A DNA stretch of 64,000 nt from Stylophora pistillata (taxonomy: Eukaryota), in NCBI RefSeq assembly GCF_002571385.2, contig NW_019217861.1, positions 199,766-263,765 of the forward strand, written 5' to 3'. How positions within the stretch are numbered: the first letter of the stretch is position 1; the number at the start of each line of letters is the position of its first letter. The position numbers and the translations under genes were made by a program. Below, piece after piece: positions 35,501-49,022 of this stretch. The notes below the pieces were generated by a model, which made no database searches, was not told the origin of the DNA, and worked only from the letters and a program-made list of their open reading frames with translations.

Positions 35501-38500
35501 GGGTAATTTTCAAAATCAACTATAAATATAAACTGTGTGATGACAAGGCTGCGCATGCAACTCGAAATTTTATTTCTTATGAAGCAGGGAAATAGAATCA
35601 TCGAACAAAAACGCTAAAACAAATGTAGAGTTCAGATGATTACATTCTCAAAAGACTGAGATTTCAAAGGCGTAGTGAAATGCCTAGTTAGCAATTGGAA
35701 AGCAATGGCAATGTGCACTAGTTATTCCAACCTTAAAAAACTCAAAGATTAAACGACGGCGACAGAGCTGAATAACGTATACGCATTCGCTAAGTTTTGC
35801 CGCGGAAACATAGATTTTGAGTCGTTCGCATGGTTGATTTCCTATTCTGTTGCTTCGAGGCGTCGTTTTCCTTGCTTGCCGCTTTTCTTTTACAGAACAA
35901 CCTCCAAAAACTTGGTACACCCCCTAAAAATTTTCAGAAATTAATTTTCTCCGTAAAACCTCCGGAAATAGAAAAATGCCTTCGACGAAAACAGAGTCTT
36001 TTGGTTTAAAAGTCAGCCCTTATTATTTTCCCTAATTTCGCTAAATTTTAGACTTAGGACACTTGAGCCCGCGTTGTTTACCGCAAACTCTCTGACGTAG
36101 CATTTCATTATTCAGCTCTGTCAACGACGGCTACATACAACTACCTTATTTATCTTTGGGATTCTCCTTTCCTTGAAAGGAAGTCTTGGAGTCTTATAAA
36201 TTATATGCCTTAAGCACACTGTGCCTTCCATGGTTCGTTGAGTCTTTTTTATTTCTTTTTTATTTCTTAAATTTTTAAGTTGTTAGACATTTTATTGGGA
36301 AGAAAGGCAAACAGTCTCCTCACAAATGGTGCTGGTAAAACTGCCCTGCATATAGCGGCCGAAACCGGAAGAGTTCGTCACGTTGAGGCTCTGGTCAAGA
36401 ATTCTTGCGCCAGTGTTGAGCAAAAGGATCCCGATGGACGAACACCGTTACATCTCGCAGCATTGAATGGAAATGAGTATGAACTTGTTATTCGCTTCCA
36501 TGTAGGGCATTGAGATGTCGGAAAAGGACAGATCATTGTTTTAACTAGGTGAAACAATAATTGGTTAAACGTAGTACTTAGGCCTGTGGTTAGAAGTTTA
36601 TACATTACAAACAGAAGCCTCTGCGCTCACGTTGTAATGATATTCCCTTGTTTCTCTTGGTTTGAAAACCATCATGAACAGGTGGCCATAAGGCAAACTG
36701 AGCGTATGATATCCATTTTCTGTCATAGGAAAATCTGCGCAACCCTCTTACGCATGGGCGCACAAGTCGACAGCGTTGACGTCAATGGCTCCACTCCTCT
36801 TCTGCTAGCTGCTAAGATAGGTACAGTTTGCATAATCCAATTGTTCCTCGAGAGGAACGCCGACATAGATCACCAAGACAAGACTGGAAGTACCGCACTT
36901 CTGATTGCATCTACAAGAGGCCATGTGGATGTTGTAAAGATGCTTTTGAATCGACAAGCAAGTTTGAAACCGAATCAAAACGGTCTCAATTGTCTCGATG
37001 TGGCCATAGAGAACCAGCAAAGCGACGTTGTAATGGTTATTATAAAAAATTCAAGGTAAGCATCGTGATGGGTTGTTTTAAAATTGAACCCATCAACAAA
37101 ACAAAATAGAACAGTGGATATATGGGACAATGACTGAATTTTCCTTAACCGTACCCTTTCACTCACGAGACATCAATAGTAACTCTCCTTACTTTCTGCC
37201 ATACAATTCTTATGATATTCGTTCAGAGAGTTCGGTATTGGATCGACTATTTATCCCCAATTGATATTTTGTTAATCTCATCACTTGTCTGCTTGATATT
37301 GTATTAAGGAGAAGTTCTGTCTTGGTCACTTAATGGTAGTTAAAGGGTTAAGGATGATCTCACATCTACTTCTTATGTTAGTGACTAACGCATTTAGCTA
37401 ACAAGGGACATTTCTACCGCTCTGATTGAATTGTGTAAGTAGAAGAGAGTAATGAATTTCTTTCCTTTCATCTGCAGATGGAGAGAGGTGTTATCTGCGA
37501 AGAGCTCGGATGGTCAGAACAGGATGGGCAAGCTAATTAAAAGGTTCCCGGATTCTGCCAAATGTGTGCTGGATCGCTGGATTCAAAGTTCTACCATCAA
37601 TCGTTCCATCACATACGACTTCAGCCTTCTTGACCCAGGCCCTGATGATAGCAGTGGGCCCGGTGGGAAGCCGTTCTTTGGTCTTAAGGTCATGGTGGAA
37701 TACAAGCAAAAAGATCTTCTGGTTCACGATGTTTCCAGAAAACTCCTCCAGAAAAAGTGGCGTGTCTATGGATGGTTTGTTTACTGGACGAACCTTGTCT
37801 TGTTTTCCGTATTTCTTGGACTTATGACATATTTCATGTTACATGAACGCGGCAATGTTGTGCTCAAACCTCAAAGTAGTTACGGCGAAGATGAAGAAGA
37901 GCAAGTTTTCAAAAGGAAGGATACTAACGTGTTCAGACACACTCTTGAGTTCCTTATTCTGATTTTTGCATGTCTCCACCTCTTAAAAGAGCTGTATCAA
38001 ATCTATGCTCAGCGGCTAGAGTATTTCAAACAAGTGACGAATTTATTGGAATGGGTCCTTTACCTGTCGACCATAATATTTATTCTCCCTTACATATTTG
38101 AAAATCTTACAAGTCTTCGAAGTTATCCGAACCTCACCTGGCAGTTAGGAACAGTTGCTGTATTTCTGGCTTACGTAAATCTTATATTGTTCGTTCAGAC
38201 TCTGAATTATGTCGGTATCTACGTGACAATGTTTTTCCAAGTGGCAACCACTGTGGGTAAAGCCATCAGTATTTTCGCCTTGTTTTCTTTGGCTTTTTCC
38301 GTGGTGTTCTTCATATTATTCAGGGAACAGGTAATAAGAACCTGCTATATTTTTTCATGTATTTCATTGTTTTGGCTCTAGGTAAAATCCTTAGGACATA
38401 GGGCTGCTTAAGGAATTTCCTTTCCTCCTGGAGCTTTTCAAAGATCATACTTCCCCTTCATAAACCTGCTCCACTTCCAACCTCGGAAGCAGTTTTCTTA

Positions 38501-40014
38501 AACGTGTAGCTCGTCCTTAGTTTGTTGATTTTCAAGGCATATAGAATTACCGTATTGTATACTAATTTCAAGCCTGCCATTCATCTTGTTCGGCCAAAGT
38601 GGAGGCAATTTATCCGAAAGGCAGTTAGCTCTAGAGTTAAGTTGATTATGACTATCTTGATTCCAATTCATTATTTTCACTTTTTTCATTGTGTTTTTTT
38701 GGTTTCTTTGATTTTTTTTTGTTTGTTTGTTTGTTTGTTTTTTTTTTTTCAGGAATCGTTTAAAAACTTCGGCTTAACTTTAATGAAAGTAGTTGTAATG
38801 ACTATTGGCGAGCTCGATTACACCACCATGATCGTGGACAATTTTAACGTTACCACAGACTCCGGAGCGCCTTTAGTGCCTTACCGAGAAGCGTCTCTCG
38901 TCTTCCTATCCCTCTTCATATTTGCCATACCTATCGTTCTCATGAACCTTCTGGTAAGTGAGTTTAAATGTATAAATTCAGCTTACGGGCAAGATGGCCC
39001 GTATCGTCTATCGCATGTTCAATGGCTGCCATTTGGCAATATTTTGCTCACAGTTCGCCATTACTTACTCCTGAGTGGAGAGAGACACCTTGAGAGCGAG
39101 GTTGTCATGATTTGTCATGATTTGTCGCAATAGTGACTGATCTACCGGTAACTTTTAGTTACCAGACGAGTAATATGTCCAAAAATACAACCATGCCCTT
39201 TCCTTATTTTCGTTTTAGTGGTGGTAGACCTTTTGTTGCAGCTAGTTCCGCTACTCACTCGCTATTTTGATGATATTCTTCTACGCGATGAAAGCAAATG
39301 GCTAGAGTAATAATTCCAAATTTGTCTGCCCCACGAATCTTCTCCAAACTACGAACCTCTTGTGTTCATTCACCCTGGTGTTTCAACAGGTCGGCTTAGC
39401 TGTCGGTGACATTGAATCTGTGCAGCGATTTGCGTATCTCAGAAACAAGGGAAAGTTTGTGGACTTCGTCTACGGAGTGGAAAGAAGATTTCCAAAATTT
39501 ATCACGCGCTATTTTTACAAGCCTCAATTGGTGATATGTGGTATCCTCTTGGAGAAGATCTCGTTACAGTACGTACAATTTCATTTGGGCAATTACTTTC
39601 AGGAAAAACCTTAATTGACGGTAATACTCTTTGTGAGAATTACCTTTCCCTATTTATTATTGGAAAATGATAGAGCTAGAATAAGTTTTCAACGTTTGTT
39701 ACAGAGGATATTTCAATTAAGGCGTTTACTTTGTGAGAGAAGAAATGAGCAAAGCGTTTTTTTATCTTTATATTTTCAGGGAATACACCTTTGTTATTGA
39801 CCAAGACCTCGATGAAGATGAAGATTACATGACAGCAGACCAAGTGGAGGAGCAAAGGCTAGAAATCCTCACCAAGGAACTGGCAAAGACCACGCAACGA
39901 CAGTTGTCTATCATGGGAACGATTCAGGACCAGAGGAACCTTTTACTTGCCTTAGCTGCCAAAGCTGGGATTGACACTCGAGAACAAGACACTAGATCCG
40001 TCTCTAGGCTGTGA
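32501..40014 (+). CDS. TRPA1: TRPA1-like ankyrin-repeat cation channel, paralog C (1102 aa predicted)
   Basis: Exons 32501-32832, 33744-34087, 34513-34825, 35175-35502, 36280-36476, 36729-37055, 37478-38330, 38753-38953, 39390-39568, 39780-40014 (3309 nt, in frame). Pore MTIGELDY; PIVLMNLL|VGLAVGDI. Confidence 0.92.
37145..37351. mobile_element. piggyBac-like non-autonomous MITE in intron 6 of gene C
   Basis: Ends ttaacc..ccctttcactc and agttaaagggttaa (CCC/GGG termini with TTAA); about 200 bp. Confidence 0.6.
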
Positions 40015-41897
40015 ATTAAATCGGTCATTACAAGAGGCAGTGTAGGATAGAATAGTCACGGGTTCAAACTTTGCAAAATAAATTTTTAAAATTCATTTTT
40101 CCTGCCAAACAGTTTTAACTTTATGCGTTCTATGACGTAATAGCGTTCCTGTTATAAATGAGCGCGTCGCGCCCCGCATACGTTTCCCAAGGATAAAACG
40201 CTTCACTATTCTTGGAAATCATCGTCCAGGACGCTTTGGTTACCAAAAGTTTGACACTTTTCCCATGGAAAATGATTGATGAAACGCAAAAAATAGAGAA
40301 CTTAACGATGAACTGAACAATTGATTTAGACTTGACCGTGCAACATGGTACATTTGGCCACGACAAAATTCCGCTTTTTTTGGGCAGTTGAAACGACAGG
40401 TAAAAGGCTATTCGTTTTAGGAGATAATAACCTTATTGTTCTTTCGGAGAAAGTATGTATGCGCATAATAAAAAAATGATTGATTTGAGAAGGCCAAGAA
40501 CGAAGCTATAAGGCAGTTCCATCAAGTAGCGGAGTTTGTTGTTAGGCACATAGTACATATTGTTTTAAATTTTCTTGTTTTATCTTCTGTAAAAGACTAA
40601 AGTGAAATTAGTAACGTATTTTCATTACAATCGAGGCTCCCAACGAAGGAATTAATACTGAATTCTATTCAGTGTAGGCTAAAGTTTATCGTAGTTGCTG
40701 TTTCAAGATATTTTTGAAAATTTCAGTTGCATTTTTTTATCACTTTTGATCAGACACCGGGAAGCATTTACAAACTCTTAAGTAATATTGTAATGCGATC
40801 GACTTTGTTTTTATTTTAAAATAAATCGTAGAGCGAAGCTCTGGTTCTCTGTTGATGTTGTATTCCGATTTTTAGAGTGCAGTCCCATGGTAAACGACTC
40901 AACTCGTTACTCTTGTCCACTCCTGTCTTCAGTTCTGCGTGAGAATTAATTGTCGTCTGGGAGTCAAAACAAAATTATAATTTTTGTCAAATTTAAATGT
41001 TGTTAAAGTTAGGGTCTAATCTTCAATCAAGAGGAGATTAATTAAACCGACGGAAACTTATATTTACTTATTGGTCATCATTAATGCCTCTACTCTCAAT
41101 ACCGTGAGAGGATTAAAACATAGGGTGGAACCAGCCCAAAGTTTCCATCTTCATGCGTTTAAAACTACATTTTCACTGGCCTGTAATCTCACCCAAGCGA
41201 CAAGCTGGCCCTCTTAGGACATGCTTTAAATTCTAAGCGATTCTCTTTAAACACCTACATAGGGAGATGGCGCGATCATGAACAATTTCACACATGAGGG
41301 AAAAGAATAAATTAATATTAGTACAGATATTAACTGTCAACCCTTCTTGCTGCATTAGTATTTCTGAGATCAGAGATAGGATTACCATTCTAATAATAAA
41401 CAAGCGAATGATCATGGTCAGTTTGGAGAGCAGGTGAACCAGAGTAGTCTAAGATCCTGCCGTTAACAATTCCTGAGGTCAGTCTTGAATGCTAAAATAA
41501 CTACTAAACTGCTAAAAAAAAAGCGTCAACGCTGCAGCAGCAGAAATTAATTGCATGCTATTGTTACGGAAATCGGTTTTGACCGTCTAGAGAAATGAAT
41601 GACTGAAAAAGAAGTCAAATCCTCAAAAGCGCAGTGACATATTCGACACATTGGTTCCCTTCGCACGTGAATAAAGAGTTCGTGTTCTTTGTTCTCTTGT
41701 CGGCTTCTCCCGCTATGATAACTATTCTAAAAATATGCAAGTTTTAATTCTGCATTGAAACGCTTTGAAATAATTGGACCCCACTGGAAGAAAACGTGAG
41801 TGGCACAGGATGCAACGACCTCCCTGTCAGAGCCGAAGTAACTAGAAATCGTAATCTTCTTGCAAGCTCAGTTTTCGCAACGGGCATTTCGTTTGAG

Positions 41898-44800
41898 ATG
41901 CATTTCGACTATGCTCCTTTTCCTCTTCTGTCTTATCCTAGTCACTATGAAGCGGACTCGCTGACTGAACCGCGTTTTGAAAGGGAAGCGTTTCCTTGCA
42001 AAGTGAACGATCTATGCGAGGCCATAGCTAAAGGACAAGTGGATAAACTAAAAAGTTACATATCATCGACTGAGAACAAAGCAGATATCCTAGATCAGAA
42101 TGGTGAGAGTGCCCTCCACCATGCGGCAAGAATAAATCGAGTTGAAGTCATGGATTTCCTGATAAAAGCTGGGGCCAGCGTTGATATTTACAGCAAAGAT
42201 GGATTTACGCCATTGCATGAAGCTGCACGGTAAATATGAACAAACTAGCAAGTTTTAATGGTTTCTATTTATGTTAACGCTATCTGTCTCAGATAATTAA
42301 CAATAGAGGAAGTGTCTCAAAAATGAGCTTGACGCCCAACTATGTTTGTGGAGCTATTATGAAAAAGTCGTCTTAAAGTCCGCCGAATTTGAATTTGACA
42401 ACAATCTTAGTGTTAAAAGCGTGCACTTGTTGAAACTTAATTCTATTTTACTAAGACTTTAATAATATTGTGGATCTTTATCAATCAGGAAATAATAATT
42501 TGAAGAGAATTTTTATGCTAACGTGATTTCAATTTTTATCATGGTTGTAATTGTCTGAGAGATAAATTGCGTGGTAAGACTAGATTCTCACACAGATTAC
42601 AATAATCCTATAAATCTAAAAAGTACTTTGCTGCCAATAAGGACTCAAAATAAAAAGAAGCGAACTGCTCAAATGGCGGCAAAACGCGGATGACTTAATC
42701 GCGATTTGCTTGAGGTTTTGGATCTGATTGGTTGAGAGAGGGGCAGTAGTTTTCTGGATCAATCACATAACGAAATAAAACAAAAAACATATTTAAAGCG
42801 ACCCCAGATCGCTTTCGACACTCAATTTTGCACTGCTCTGGTGCCGAGTAATACCCAAAGGCGGACTCTTTTTCGCTCCTGGACTATTTGGAGAACAAAT
42901 TTTGAATACGGTAACCAAATGGATAACATCAAACAGTTAAGCGAATTTAACCCGGGCTTTGGAGAAGCAAAACCCGATGGAGTTATGGAGTGGAGAATTT
43001 AAACATTGAACCTCCATATGTCAAATAAGGGGTTCTAAACCATCAGCTAAGCCCAGATATATTTTCCGAAATAAGGTCTGTTTTGCTGGCCATGTCCCTA
43101 TCAATGATTTTTGAAGCACGTCCCAATCTATAACAGGCTTATAGTGTCTGCTTTGTTTGTAACAGGTCTAATTCATTGGAGGCTTTTGACAATTTGCTAA
43201 AGAAAGGAGCCAATCCAAATGGTAGATCTACAACAAAAGGTTATTCTCCTCTTCATATTGCTACGCAATACGGTAATAAAGAGATCATCCAACGACTGCT
43301 TAATGTGAAAACCTTGAAAATTAATGCAACTAACCGGAACGGACTGACTGCTCTTCATTTGGCCATCAGTCGTGGATACGAGGAGATATGCAGTGATCTT
43401 ATTGCCAAAGGATGTAGTATCAACATAATTACGAGGGATGGGCAAACGTGTCTTCATCTAGCAGCAGATGTTGGCATTGAGGGTATTGTTTCTGATGTTA
43501 TCCAAACCGGTAAGTATGAAAGGATTTGCAAAAAAGCGCTAGAGTTAAAAGTGACAGAAAACTTATAGTAGGGTTTGCTTCTTTCAGCTCTGAGGAGTAT
43601 CTGGAAGTACCCTGTAAGTGCTATGTCGGCTTCCAAGGACATTCCAGAATTTGATCAGTTTATCAACAGAAAAAACAAAGACCAGAACTCTGCTCTTCAC
43701 TTAGCTGTTCAGACAGGTCGCTTATCTGTATGTCAAATCCTTGTGCAGCATGGTGCGAATGTCAACAGACAAAACAAGCATCAACAGACACCTTTGCATG
43801 TGGCTTCTATGGGTAAAAACAAAGACATCTTGGAATTACTTATTAAATGCGGAGCTCGAACGGATCAAAAGGACTCCAAACAAAGAACTCCTCTGCACAG
43901 GTGAGTTTTGACCCGTTGCGTTGGTCCTTTTGGAGGGTAGAATGACACAACGATACTTTTTAAAATTTTATACCTTATCCTGGCAGCTTTCTGAAAATCA
44001 ATGACACTTATGACAACTGCAAGCAAAAAATATTTTTAAGGCTAAAAAAAATTATTTGATAAAGTGCCATTGTCAAAACTGACTTCTTTACTCTAAACTA
44101 ATAGATTATTCATTTCGATATTGGGACTAAATGGTTAGATTGTTTCTTTCCAGCCATTTTGCTTTTGTTTTGTTCATTTGCTTTTAGTGCGGCATCTTTC
44201 GGAAACCCAGAAAGTATTAAAGTCCTGCTGAGCAACTGCGCAACTCCAGATCCTAGAGATACAGATGGTATGACACCTCTCTTGTGTGCCATAGCAGCTG
44301 GCCACACAAAATGTGCCAAACTGCTCTTAGAGTACGGTGCAAACATTAGAGCGCGTGAAAGGAATCAACGTGGCGGCATTCATCTCGCTGTAGAATATGA
44401 CAGAGAAGAAATGTTGAAAATGCTGTTGGAAAGATCAGGATCACAATGTATAAATATTCCGGACATACAGGTAAAGACAGCTGTTCATTACGCCACTTCC
44501 TCTACAAACTTAAAGGTTAAGGCAAAACTAAAATCTGACTTTCGTCAGTACTTGTTAAGCTCAAAGTAAGTTTCGTCAATCATTGTATCCTTTATTTGCA
44601 GCTTCTAGAGATTTTGTTGGAAAAGAAAGCAAACTGTTTACTCGAGGATCGTGCTGGTATAACTCCACTACATACAGCAGCGGAGTTTGGAAAGGACCGC
44701 CATGTTGAGGCTTTAGCTAAGACTTCTCTTGCCTGTGTAGATCAAAGAGATTCATATGGAAGAACACCGCTTCATTTTGCAGCATTAAATGGAAAAGGGT

Positions 44801-47800
44801 GAGGCTTAATCAGTTCCTGAAGCTACATACTTTAGTTCGGTACATAAAAATCAGAGACCGTCTCCTGAATCTATTAACTAGATAATTTGGTTAGGCAAGG
44901 GACGTTAAAGAACCCACTCACGAGATTACTGTGATGTGGTCTGGCCTGTTTACTGGAAATTGGGGGGAGGAGGCATCTTCAAATAGGTTTCCTTCGATTG
45001 TTTGTAAACTGCTGATGCATTCTGGCCAAAGTCCCCCGAACAATGTTGAGATGCGCATTTGATCATATCCACATGTTAATTTGCGCAATATAAATATTAA
45101 ATTATTATTATTATTATAAAAATTCTTTGGACGAGTAACGATTATCATAATGCTTCATTTGATAGAGCCCTGTGCCTTTTTCCGCGAAATTCTCTTAGTA
45201 CATTTTAAGAGTAGTAAATTTAGTTGTGTCAGTAGTTAAAGTTTAGTGTAGTTCCTGTAAATTTGAGAAGGAAAAATAGTAGTTTAGCCGCATTGTTTTG
45301 TAGTTAAGGTGTCCATTTTTTGCAGGAAAATATGTTCAATCCTTCTTCAAATGGGAGCCGAAGTTAACATTTCAGACGCCTACGGCTGTACACCTCTGAT
45401 GTTTGCAGCCAAAACGGGTGCTTCAGGCTTAATTCGAATGTTTCTTGAGCTGAACGCCGACATAAACCAAGAAGACAAAAATGGCAACACCGCGCTTTTG
45501 TTTGCTTCTGCCAGTGGTCACGTAGATGCTGTCAGGATCCTTCTGAACAGTCGGGCGATCTTGAAACCAAACATAAGCGGCCTTAACTGCTTCGATCTGG
45601 CCATAGAGAATCAACAAGGAGACGTTGTTATGGCAATGATTAAGAATGCCAGGTATAAAATTAATTTAAAGGGTTTACTGCAAGCTCGGTCCATACAATT
45701 AAAGAGTATACTCTCTTTGCATGGCTGGTATTTATCTTAGGTAAATAGCAGATATCATGAATTTAAGTCTCCCACACAGGTGTTACATCGAGTCAACACA
45801 AACGTTGATATGTAATACGAAGATTTGCTCTATAATATTAAGTACTAAGCATTATCCAAAACAATTTTAAAACTAGAATTTTATGGTAAGTAGGGTTGAG
45901 CTTCATATTGACAAAAAAGCGTTCTCTAACAAGAAATGTTTCAATAAAGAAAGTTGGATCGGAAAGAGAAACCTTAAGTTTTTTAGCTGAAATTATTTTC
46001 GCTCACTCCCAGATGGAGAGAGGTCTTGTCAGCCAATATCCTAGATGGTCAAAATAGGATGGGAAAACTCATTCAGCAGTTTCCCGATGCTGCTAAATCT
46101 GTCATGGATCGGTGCGTCCAGCGGTCTCTGAGCCCACGATCCATCAAGTACGATTTCAGCTTTCTAGATCCAGGTCCTGATGATACAAGCGGACCAGATG
46201 GAGAGCCTTTCTTTGGTCTCAAGGTGATGGTGGAACACAAGGAAAAGGAACTCCTGGTACATGAACTTTGCAGAAAACTTCTCAAGATCAAGTGGCACAG
46301 ATATGGATGGTTTGTTTATTGGACAAACCTTATCCTGTTTTCCTTGTACCTCTTCTCGATGACCTACTTCATGGTGACAAAGCGTAAAGCGGTGATCCTG
46401 AAGCGAAAACATGATAAAGATGATCCTGATGATGCTGACATTTTCAAGAACAAGGAAGCATTGAATAAAGCTTTTCCTTTTCTCATACTGGCGTTCGCAT
46501 CAATTCATTTGTCCAAAAAGTTCTATCAGGCTGTCCTTCAAAGAGTGGAGTATTTTCTACAACTGACGAACTTGATGGAATGGGTGCTCTATACGGCGAG
46601 CATAGTCTTCATTCTACCATACGTCTCATCCAGCTTTTCCAGTCTTCAAAGAAACCCTAGGATAGCCTGGCAAATAGGAACAGTAGCTGTGTTCTTGGGG
46701 TACATGAACCTGATATTGTTTATTCAGACTCTGGACTATGTTGGCATCTACGTGACAATGTTTTTCCGAGTGGCTATCACCGTACTCAAAGCTATCAGTC
46801 TTTTCTTCCTGTTTGCCTTGGCTTTTTCTGTGGTGTTCTACATACTGTTCAAGGAGCAGGTACACATCTTAGCTGTCTTTCCTAGGTTTCCTATATCCAC
46901 TTACGAGTAGAATATGTCAAAAAAAATTTTTTTTTGCCTTCTTGGTCGACTGCGGACACGTACACATGTGTCCTCCCAATCCTTGTATCAACCAATGAAT
47001 CGGCCGGATTTAAATTGTGGGTGTGTGTGTGTGTGTGTGTGTGTGGGTGTGTGTTTTTTTTTTCTTTAACTTACCCGGTGTAGGATGTGGTACTTTTGTT
47101 TTCTTTTGTTTAATTTCTCATATCGCATTTGCTTTTCGGTTTGTCCATCTTGCCAGAAGTATTTTACGTTGAGCAATTTCACTGATATTAAAAAAGAGAA
47201 CTCTTCTCTTCTTTTTAGAAAGCATTTGACACCTTTTTCTTCACGCTGGTAAAAGTTATAGTCATGACCCTTGGTGAGTTAGATTATACCGCTTTTTTAG
47301 TGGACAACTTGGAGGCCACGAATCCAGAGACCAAAGCGCCTCTCCTGCCTTACCGTGAATCATCCTTTGTATTTCTCTGCCTCTTCATCTTTGCCATGCC
47401 CATCATCCTTATGAATCTTTTGGTAAGTTATTGCAACGCCTAATTTGTAAGTTGTAAGTAATATGACGCTCTGAGCATGATCCAGGCGGCTCTAAGACTT
47501 CATTGGGGGCGCGCATGTTACCTCCTCCCATCAGCTTTCCGTTTTAAAATAACTTGAAAGTGAAAATCTAGAGGAATTTCGAAAAGTCGTTCAAAATACT
47601 CCAGATGGCATCTGAACGTGTCTAAAGATTAAACCTTGTACGTGGGAGGATGTGCCTAGGCCTATCTTAAAGGTATGAATCTACGATTACTGTAATATAA
47701 CTCACCAGGGTAATTTTTGGGCAACCTCACTCTACAATTCGTTCCAAAAGCTTATCATGACGATAGGTAGATAATCGCCGTTGACTTCCATATGTATGAG

Positions 47801-49022
47801 GATATCTTAAATAATTCACCTGTCTTTTAAACTTAGAGCTGGCTAGAATTTGTTCATTTCATGTCTTTCACGGTCGAAAAAAGGTAAGACAGGCTTAAAT
47901 TCCCATTCCAAAAGCATTTTTACCGACTACATCGCCTTCTTTGGCCGGCCTAAACTCGAAAAAAACTACATTTTCAGTTTTCTTATTTTTTCACAGGTCG
48001 GTTTAGCCGTTGGAGACATAGAGTCTGTGCAAAAGTATGCTTTTCTGAGAAACAAGGGAAAATTCATCGACTTCGTGGTTGGGGTTGAAAGAAATTTACC
48101 AAAATTTGTTACCCGGCGTTTACACAAACCTGAGTTGGTCGTAACTGGACGATACGTGGACAGGAAAATTTCGTCAGGGTGAGTTTTAACTGATACGGTA
48201 GCAGAGTATTTGGACTTTGAAGTTTGCTCAAGCTTTCGCAGCGGAAGTCTCAGTCACCGACAACAGTCCTCTGCAGAACAGCTTTGAGCCTGACGACTGA
48301 CCACGATCAACTGTTACTACTCGGTTAGGGCCACCAACTTTTCTGTCGGTGGATAAAACTGAAATTCCTTAACTTTTTTCTCAGGGGGGTGCAAAGCGTA
48401 TTAAACTATCTTTGGTAGTGCTAAGGGGAAGAAGTTGGCCCCTTTCCCTTGACCAAGTTTATAAAAAATTACCAGGTTTATCAATAAGAGAACAAGTGAC
48501 CAGAAACTAAGTATGTTAGGCACTTATTCACTAAGAGCAACGCCTTCAGACAAGGTACATGAGCAACTCTTTGTGGTGGCCTTACCTGCGCACACGAAAC
48601 CATTTACAGTGTACACATACTTTCCGAATTACATTTTTCTTAACTACACAACCCACAAAAACTATTGATTTGTATGTTTTAGTGCATTTTGTGACCTCCC
48701 TGTAATAGTAGTTTACCATATTGCTAGCAGCTATATTTCAAAACCTTTTTTAAAGAATTTTCCAGAAAATTATTCACTTTATAATAGAAATTTGGTACAC
48801 CTGTATTTTATCAACAGTAAATATTCCTTTGAAGACGAAGACCTCGGTAATGTAGAACAAACAACCGAAATCGAGGACGGACAAAGACTGGAAGCTCTCG
48901 CAAAGGAATTGGCGAGGGCTAAGAGACGGCAACTGTCAATCATTGACGCCATGCAGGATCAGAGACGCCTTTTATTAGCTCTAGCTACTAAAATTGGCCT
49001 AAATACCTGTGAGGAAGCTTGA
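41898..49022 (+). CDS. TRPA1: TRPA1-like ankyrin-repeat cation channel, paralog D (1092 aa predicted)
   Basis: Exons 41898-42229, 43166-43509, 43588-43900, 44188-44515, 44602-44798, 45326-45652, 46013-46859, 47219-47422, 47997-48178, 48818-49022 (3279 nt, in frame). Exons 1-6 match gene C in length. Pore MTLGELDY. Confidence 0.92.
42660..42828. mobile_element. Degenerate short interspersed repeat in intron 1 of gene D
   Basis: aaaacgcg..gcgatt..tctgattggttgagag..atcaatcaca..ctttcgacactcaatt resembles an abundant coral repeat (recall only). Confidence 0.4.
47018..47053. repeat. (GT)n microsatellite
   Basis: Visible GT run in intron 7 of gene D. Confidence 0.9.

Noticed and set aside
33831-46865. 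Many short antisense or off-frame ORFs overlapping TRPA exons
   Set aside because: These are shadows of the real coding exons, with no independent motifs or splice support.
48222-48330. Possible additional hammerhead/Penelope repeat in intron 9 of gene D
   Set aside because: It only loosely resembles such repeats. The CUGANGA and GAAA boxes are not intact, so it is too decayed to call.
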